Assembly: GCA_041497115.1 (NCBI GenBank)
Contig: JBGQFW010000013.1
Span: 1,646 to 65,645 of the forward strand
DNA length: 64,000 nt
Direction of reading: 5' to 3'
DNA from: Candidatus Methylomirabilia bacterium
GTDB lineage: Bacteria > Methylomirabilota > Methylomirabilia > Rokubacteriales > CSP1-6
Shown piece after piece: positions 59,361 through 64,000 of the stretch (position 1 is the first letter of the stretch; each line of letters begins with the position of its first letter). The notes beneath the pieces were generated by a model that worked only from the letters and a program-made list of their open reading frames with translations, searched no databases and had not been told where the DNA came from. The translations under genes and the position numbers were made by a program.

Positions 59361-59723
59361 CTAACAAGGCGCCGGCGCGGGGACGGCGGCCAACGCGCGA
59401 CGGTAGAGGTCGTCGGTGAAGCCGCGGACGAGCAGATCGCCCGCGATCAGGACGGGCACGCGCAGGAAGCCGTCCTCGTGCACCAGCAGGGCGAGGACGT
59501 CGGCGTCGCCGACGGGCTGCCGCGCGCGATCGAGCTCGACGACGGCCGCGCCGCTCTTGACGAGGAAGCGGCGGACGCCGCGGGCCAGCGCCAGCGTGGC
59601 GGCGCCGTCCACCGGGGCCCGCTCGACGCGACGGTCGTCGAAGCCCACGCGACGCTGCGAGAGGAACTCTCTCGCGCGCTCGCAGGTGGGTCAGCCGTCC
59701 TTGTTGAAGAGGACGACCGTCAC
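59361..59723 (-). CDS. ArsC/Spx-like thioredoxin-fold protein with an in-frame TGA at the first Cys of CxxC (candidate selenoprotein, U-P-T-C)
   Basis: GTG 59723 forms a GTGA overlap with the receiver-gene stop. The translation is VTVVLFNKDG-[TGA 59693..59691]-PTCERAREFLSQRRVGFDDRRVE...LRVPVLIAGDLLVRGFTDDLYRRAL. It is one frame of 120 codons, a normal size for the family. The ORF track shows only the 95-aa tail (59361..59648). Confidence 0.55.
59644..59690 (-). promoter_or_regulatory. SECIS-like mRNA hairpin immediately 3' of the in-frame UGA
   Basis: The minus-strand RNA is CCCACCUGCGAGCGCGCGAGAGAGUUCCUCUCGCAGCGUCGCGUGGG. The helices are CCCAC/GUGGG, GCGA/UCGC, CGC/GCG and GCGAGAG/CUCUCGC, giving about 19 bp with small bulges. 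The apical loop AGUUC contains GU. Confidence 0.4.
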
Positions 59724-60109
59724 CGCTTGGGCCCCGTCGGCCGGTCGAAGATCGTGGCCAGCATGTGATCGAGGTAGCGGAAGTCGAAGGGCTTGGGCAC
59801 GTAGCCGAAGGCGCCGCTCTTCAGCGCCTCCGCCGCCAGCGCCACCTGCTCGTTGGCGGTGACCATGATCACCGCGATGGACTCGTCGATCTGCTTGATG
59901 TCCTTGAGGACCTCGACACCGTTCATGCGCGGCATGTTGATGTCGAGCAGGACCACGTCGGGGCGCTGCCGGAGGACGGCGCCCAGCGCGTCGGCGCCGT
60001 TGAGCGCGGTCTCGATGTCGTAGCTCGCCTTGAAGTGCTCGCTGAGCACTTCCAGGATCAGCGGCTCGTCGTCGACGATCAGGACCCGCTTGCGCGCGGC
60101 GTCGGCCAT
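59720..60109 (-). CDS. Stand-alone CheY-like response-regulator receiver protein
   Basis: 129 aa with RVLIVDDEP, DVVLLDINMPRMNG, VIMVTA and YVPKPF motifs. There is no output domain. Confidence 0.85.
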   Translation of the reverse strand: MADAARKRVLIVDDEPLILEVLSEHFKASYDIETALNGADALGAVLRQRPDVVLLDINMPRMNGVEVLKDIKQIDESIAVIMVTANEQVALAAEALKSGAFGYVPKPFDFRYLDHMLATIFDRPTGPKR

Positions 60110-60150
60110 GTCCTTCGACCCTATGCTCGGCGCGCACCAGCGTCAAGCGG

Positions 60151-61104
60151 TCAGTCGGCGTGCTGCGCGCGCGGCCCCTCGCCGACGAACAGATCCTCCA
60201 GCGACTGCCGCACCGGCTGCACGCTCACCAGACGCGCGCCGCAGCCGCGCGCGGCGGCCAGCGCGGCGTCCACCTGACGCTCGGAGACGACCTCGATGCG
60301 GGCGCCGGCCGGCGTGGCGGTCACGCGCGCCCCGTCGATGCGGCCGAGCGCGTCGGTCAGCGCGGGCAGCGCGGCGCCGATCACCGTGATCTCGAGGTGG
60401 CCGGCGGCGTCCACGCGCTGGCGCAGCTCGTCCAGCCGCCCGAGGTGGGCCAGCCGGCCGGCGTGCAGGATGGCGACCCGGTCGCACAGCACCTCGATGT
60501 CCGCGATGATGTGCGAGGAGAAGAACACGGTGACCCCGGTGGCGCGCAGACCGCCGATGAGGTCGCGCACCTGGCGGCGCCCGATCGGGTCGAGGCCGCT
60601 CATCGGCTCGTCGAGCAGCACGACCTCGGGGTCGTTGACGAGCGCCTGGGCCAGCCCCACCCGCTGCAGCATGCCCTTGGAGAACTTCCGCAGCTGCCGG
60701 CTCCACGCCGTCTCGTCGAGGGCGACGCGGCGCAGCAGGTCGGCCGCGCGGGCGCGGCGGGCGGCCGGCCCGTAGCCGAACAGCTCGGCGCAGTACTCGA
60801 GCAGCTCGCGCGCCGTCAGATAGTCGTAGAAGTACGGCTGCTCGGGCAGGTAGCCGATGCGCGCGCGCACCGCCGCGTCGGCCACGTCGTGGCCGAGGAT
60901 GCGCGCGCGACCGCCGGTCGGACGCATGAGCCCCATGAGGATCTTGATGGCGGTCGTCTTGCCGGTGCCGTTGCCGCCGAGGAAGCCGAAGATCTCGCCG
61001 GCCTCGACGGTGAGCGACAGCCCGTCGAGCGCGCGCACCCGCCGCAGGTGCAGGAAGCCCGTCGGGTAGTCCTTGGTGAGGTCGGTGATCTCGATGACGC
61101 TCAT
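60151..61104 (-). CDS. ABC transporter ATP-binding protein (ABC-2 exporter type)
   Basis: 317 aa from ATG 61104 (ATGA overlap). It has Walker A (GGNGTGKTT), a signature-like FSKGMLQRV and Walker B (VLLDEP). Confidence 0.9.
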   Translation of the reverse strand: MSVIEITDLTKDYPTGFLHLRRVRALDGLSLTVEAGEIFGFLGGNGTGKTTAIKILMGLMRPTGGRARILGHDVADAAVRARIGYLPEQPYFYDYLTARELLEYCAELFGYGPAARRARAADLLRRVALDETAWSRQLRKFSKGMLQRVGLAQALVNDPEVVLLDEPMSGLDPIGRRQVRDLIGGLRATGVTVFFSSHIIADIEVLCDRVAILHAGRLAHLGRLDELRQRVDAAGHLEITVIGAALPALTDALGRIDGARVTATPAGARIEVVSERQVDAALAAARGCGARLVSVQPVRQSLEDLFVGEGPRAQHAD

Positions 61105-62030
61105 CCGCGCGGCACCGTCGAGCGCGGGTGCAGCGTGACGTCGCAGCCGAGCGGGCTCACCACGAGCAGGTACGGCGTCTGGCTCGGGTCGAGGGGGAGC
61201 CCCTGCGGGCTCACCGGCACCCCGGCGGCGGCCAGCCGCGCGCTGATCTCGGTCCACGCCCGCGGGCAGCGACCCTGCTCGGCGACGAAGGCGGTGAGCG
61301 CGCGGCGGATGGCCGTCCGGTCCTCCAGCGAGCGCAGCTCCTCGAGCCGTTTGCGCGCCCACTGCCTCACCTGGTCGTCCTGGGCCTGCTCGAGCATCCG
61401 CGTGTACATCGCGCGCGCCACCTGCGGATCGTCGCCCTTGGCCTCGACGCGCTCGGCCATGTACTCCATCCAGCGGGCGGTGGTCATGCGGGCGCCACGA
61501 CGGAACGCGTCGGCCGCCGCCAGGTTGTCGCCGCGCTGCCAGAAGATGTACGCGAGCTGCTGGTGCAGGTACCACTGGTCCGGGTTCTCGCGGATCCCCT
61601 TCTCGAGCAGGGCGACGGCGGCGCCGACGTCGACGGCGGGCAGCACCACCGCGGCGAATTCGTAGACGCCGGTGAACCGCGGGTCGAGCGTGGTGATGAG
61701 GTCGAACAGGCGCACCAGGGTCCGGGGGTTGACGGCCTTGATGCGATCCAGCTCGACGGCCTGCTCGAGGCCGAGCCGGCTGGTCCGCGCCTGCTCCTGG
61801 ATCTTGCGCCCGATGTACTGGAGCGCGTTGAGCCAGTACCAGTCGGCTGCCAGCCCGCCGAAGCTCGACGTCAGCCGCCGCGCCGTCGCCGGCGCCAGGT
61901 AGGGCGCGTCCTCCTCGGCGGCCGCCGGCGCGACCGACCGGCCGGCGTCGAGCACGCGCGCCATCCCCACCGAGGCGCCGAGGCCGAGCACCACCACCGC
62001 CGCCAGCGCCAGGTCGCGCCGCGCGCTCAC
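61101..62030 (-). CDS. Hypothetical membrane-anchored, helical-repeat (TPR-like) protein
   Basis: 309 aa from GTG 62030 (GTGA overlap). It has an N-terminal anchor (LALAAVVVLGLGASVG) and then an alpha-helical-looking domain. I recognise no family. It is inserted between the ABC-2 permease and ATPase genes. Confidence 0.55.
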   Translation of the reverse strand: MSARRDLALAAVVVLGLGASVGMARVLDAGRSVAPAAAEEDAPYLAPATARRLTSSFGGLAADWYWLNALQYIGRKIQEQARTSRLGLEQAVELDRIKAVNPRTLVRLFDLITTLDPRFTGVYEFAAVVLPAVDVGAAVALLEKGIRENPDQWYLHQQLAYIFWQRGDNLAAADAFRRGARMTTARWMEYMAERVEAKGDDPQVARAMYTRMLEQAQDDQVRQWARKRLEELRSLEDRTAIRRALTAFVAEQGRCPRAWTEISARLAAAGVPVSPQGLPLDPSQTPYLLVVSPLGCDVTLHPRSTVPRG

Positions 62031-62887
62031 TTGAAGTCCCGCCGCGCGAACAGCAGCGCCGCCGCCGCCAGCAGCGTGGCGTCCCACGCCAGCGCGTAGG
62101 CGAGCGCCATCAGCAGGTGGGCGGCCGGCGGGGCGACGCCGTGGGCGGCCGGCGTGATCAGGCTGAAGGTGGAGAGGTTCGGCAGCAGGTAGTAGAGCGC
62201 CGTCAGGAGACCGTGCACGGCCGGCGCGTCGAACAACGCCGCGAAGCCCTTGAGGTCGACGGTGAAGTGGCCGATGACGAACACTGCCAGCGAGCCGAAC
62301 GCCGAGAAGATCGGCGACGAGAACGACGAGAACAGGAGGGCGACGCCGGTCAGGATCGTCAGCTCGAGATAGATGAGCCCGAGCGTCGGCCACAGCGCGA
62401 TCACCAGCGGCGTGGTGCCGCGCACGACGTAGAGCAGCACGAGCGTGACGCCGGCGCCCATCACCGCCACGTTGACGGCCAGCGTGAGGCAGAGGCCCAG
62501 GTACTTGCCGAGCAGGAACTCGCCGCGCCCCACCGGCTTGGCGAAGATCGTGTAGAGGGTGCGCCGCTCGATCTCCTTCCACACCAGGCCGACGCCGACG
62601 AAGATCGCGATGAAGGCGCCGAAGAGGAGCGTCGCGCTGAGCCCGAAGTCCACGATGATCTTGGCGTCTTGCGAGGCCGAGGCCGCCCCCAGGAAGATCG
62701 CGCCGACGCTGAGCATGAGGACGAACAGGACGAGATTGTAGAGGACGCGGTCGCGCACCGCCTCGCGGAAGGTGTTGCGCGCGATCGCCGTCACCCGCCG
62801 CCGCGCGGAAGGCGCGGGCGGCGCCGCGGCTTCGCGCGTCGCGTCCAGGGACTCGGTCGTGGCCGGCATGTCCGCCTGGGCAGTCAT
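62027..62887 (-). CDS. ABC-2-type transporter permease
   Basis: 286 aa from ATG 62887. The IARNTFREAVRDRVLYNLVLFVLML start is typical of ABC-2 (NosY/GldF-like) permeases. It has 6 TM helices. Confidence 0.8.
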   Translation of the reverse strand: MTAQADMPATTESLDATREAAAPPAPSARRRVTAIARNTFREAVRDRVLYNLVLFVLMLSVGAIFLGAASASQDAKIIVDFGLSATLLFGAFIAIFVGVGLVWKEIERRTLYTIFAKPVGRGEFLLGKYLGLCLTLAVNVAVMGAGVTLVLLYVVRGTTPLVIALWPTLGLIYLELTILTGVALLFSSFSSPIFSAFGSLAVFVIGHFTVDLKGFAALFDAPAVHGLLTALYYLLPNLSTFSLITPAAHGVAPPAAHLLMALAYALAWDATLLAAAALLFARRDFK

Positions 62888-62912
62888 CCTACCGAATTTC
62901 CCCGCCGAATCC

Positions 62913-63737
62913 CTAGGGCCGGCGGCCGGCGGCGATCTTGGCCGAGACCGGCACCGTGAGGCCGCCGTCCGTGAGGTAGACGGCGGCGAGCCGCTCGAAC
63001 GCGGCGCGGATGCGCGCCTGCACCACCGCCGGCTGGGCCAGGATGGCGCCGGATGCACGGACCAGGCTCGCCAGGCCGCCCTGCCACCACCGCTCCACGC
63101 TGGCGATGCGGTGGGTCCAGCCCAGCGTGCTGACGCTCACGTCGCGGAAGCCGGCGATCGTCAGCAGCGCGCGCAGCTCGGCGTCCTCCGCGAAGCGGAA
63201 CGGCGGCGGCCCGGCGGGCACGCCGGCGAGCGCCCCCGCGCCGGCCTCGGCCAGCGCCTCGAAGAACACGCCGTTGACGCGCGCCCGCGCGGGCGCGTCC
63301 CACCACGACAGCGCCGCGCGCCCACCGGCGGCCAGCACGCGCGCCAGCTCGGCCGCCACCCGCTCGGGGTGCCCGAAGTGGCCGACGCCGAAGTTGCAGA
63401 CGACCGCGTCCAGGCTCGCCGCGCCGACGGGCAGCCGCTCGGCGTCGCCCTCGCGGAACTCGAGGCCGGCGTGTCGCGCGCGGGCCACCGCGACCATCGC
63501 CGCCGAGAGATCGACGCCGAGCACGGCGGCGCCGCGCGCGGCGGCCGCCGCCGCCACCGCCCCCGGCCCGCTGGCGAGGTCGAGCACGCGGCAGCCGCGC
63601 TCGACCCCGGCGGCATCGAGCAGCGCGGCGACGGCGCCCGCCGTCACCGGCTCGAAGAAGTCGCCGTAGGAGCCGGCGACGCGGTCGTGGCCACGCCGCT
63701 CGAATTCGCGGAACGCATCGCCCTCGAGCGTGCTCAT
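62913..63737 (-). CDS. Class I SAM-dependent methyltransferase
   Basis: 274 aa from ATG 63737; ATG 63758 is also possible. It has motif I (VLDLASGPG), and DAVVCNFGVGHF and LAAGGRAALSWW. Confidence 0.8.
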   Translation of the reverse strand: MSTLEGDAFREFERRGHDRVAGSYGDFFEPVTAGAVAALLDAAGVERGCRVLDLASGPGAVAAAAAARGAAVLGVDLSAAMVAVARARHAGLEFREGDAERLPVGAASLDAVVCNFGVGHFGHPERVAAELARVLAAGGRAALSWWDAPARARVNGVFFEALAEAGAGALAGVPAGPPPFRFAEDAELRALLTIAGFRDVSVSTLGWTHRIASVERWWQGGLASLVRASGAILAQPAVVQARIRAAFERLAAVYLTDGGLTVPVSAKIAAGRRP

Positions 63738-63843
63738 GCCCGTCACAATGCCGATCATGCACCGAAGGGCGCCGCCGACGTCAGGGAAAACCTGACAGCC
63801 ACGGTCCTTGTTATTGCCGCGACGCCCTGCGTATCCTGCTCTC

Positions 63844-64000
63844 ATGACGGCCGCGTACCACGACGCGCGTATCCTGATCGTGGACGACGAAGCGACCAAC
63901 GTGCTCCTGATGGAGCGGTTGCTCGAGGAGGCCGGCTACCGCGCGGTGACGAGCACCACCGATTCCCGGCGCGTGCTCGACCTCTACCGGAGCGGCCAGC
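63844..64000 (+). CDS. Response-regulator receiver domain protein, N-terminal fragment (runs off the right edge)
   Basis: ATG 63844 gives MTAAYHDARILIVDDEATNVLLMERLLEEAGYRAVTSTTDSRRVLDLYRSGQ, a receiver-domain N-terminus. Confidence 0.7.
   Translation, partial: MTAAYHDARILIVDDEATNVLLMERLLEEAGYRAVTSTTDSRRVLDLYRSGQ

Noticed and set aside
59361-59648. The 95-aa ORF as a stand-alone gene
   Set aside because: It starts in the middle of the ArsC/Spx fold, after the active-site helix. The upstream 25 codons in the same frame encode the missing beta1 strand and xxC motif, interrupted only by TGA. Read-through (Sec) or pseudogenisation explains the data better. The pseudogene alternative is kept open in the finding.
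1-64000. A search by eye for tRNA, rRNA, CRISPR repeats, transposase or integrase genes and riboswitch-like leaders
   Set aside because: Nothing convincing was found. The intergenic regions are very short, and the few longer ones are described above. A proper tRNAscan, Infernal and ISfinder run would be needed to exclude small RNAs.

Overview
This is a very GC-rich bacterial chromosomal fragment (by eye above 70% GC). I saw no rRNA, tRNA, CRISPR array, transposase or integrase. All calls come from reading translations and motifs, with no database search. Many long ORFs in the track are off-frame or antisense artefacts of the GC content. Real starts were usually found at GTGA or ATGA stop/start overlaps.

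**Left third (1-22.8 kb): housekeeping and accessory metabolism**
- Class II FBP aldolase, 6-phosphogluconate dehydrogenase, an MFS DHA2 exporter, an SDR and an OSBS/NAAAR-type enolase.
- An amidohydrolase, a TfdA/TauD dioxygenase placed divergently to a formyl-CoA-transferase-like gene, and a SARP regulator.
- An orphan E1-alpha subunit and two paralogous HAMP-adenylate cyclases.
- A peptide-type ABC importer with two binding proteins and no ATPase, an FAD oxidoreductase and a Uma2 nuclease.

**Centre (22.8-53.2 kb): one 23-gene minus-strand glycan/EPS operon**
- Gene order as transcribed: Wza-like exporter, ExeA-like ATPase, degenerate HD-GYP protein, Wzz/BY-kinase carrying C-terminal SPOR repeats, O-antigen-ligase-like protein, flippase.
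- It then continues with 11 glycosyltransferase domains including two fusion proteins, AsnB, a PHP-like protein, WbqC, PIG-L, DegT, WecA and GalU.

**Right end (53.3-64 kb)**
- HtrA, a 37-bp inverted-repeat element, a cytidylate-kinase-like/BON protein and an orphan GvpL/F gene.
- A minus-strand operon: methyltransferase, ABC-2 exporter, CheY-like receiver, an ArsC/Spx-like gene and a 636-aa TPR protein.

**Most interesting item:** the ArsC/Spx-like gene has an in-frame TGA exactly at the first Cys of its CxxC motif, followed by a SECIS-like hairpin. It is a candidate selenoprotein.
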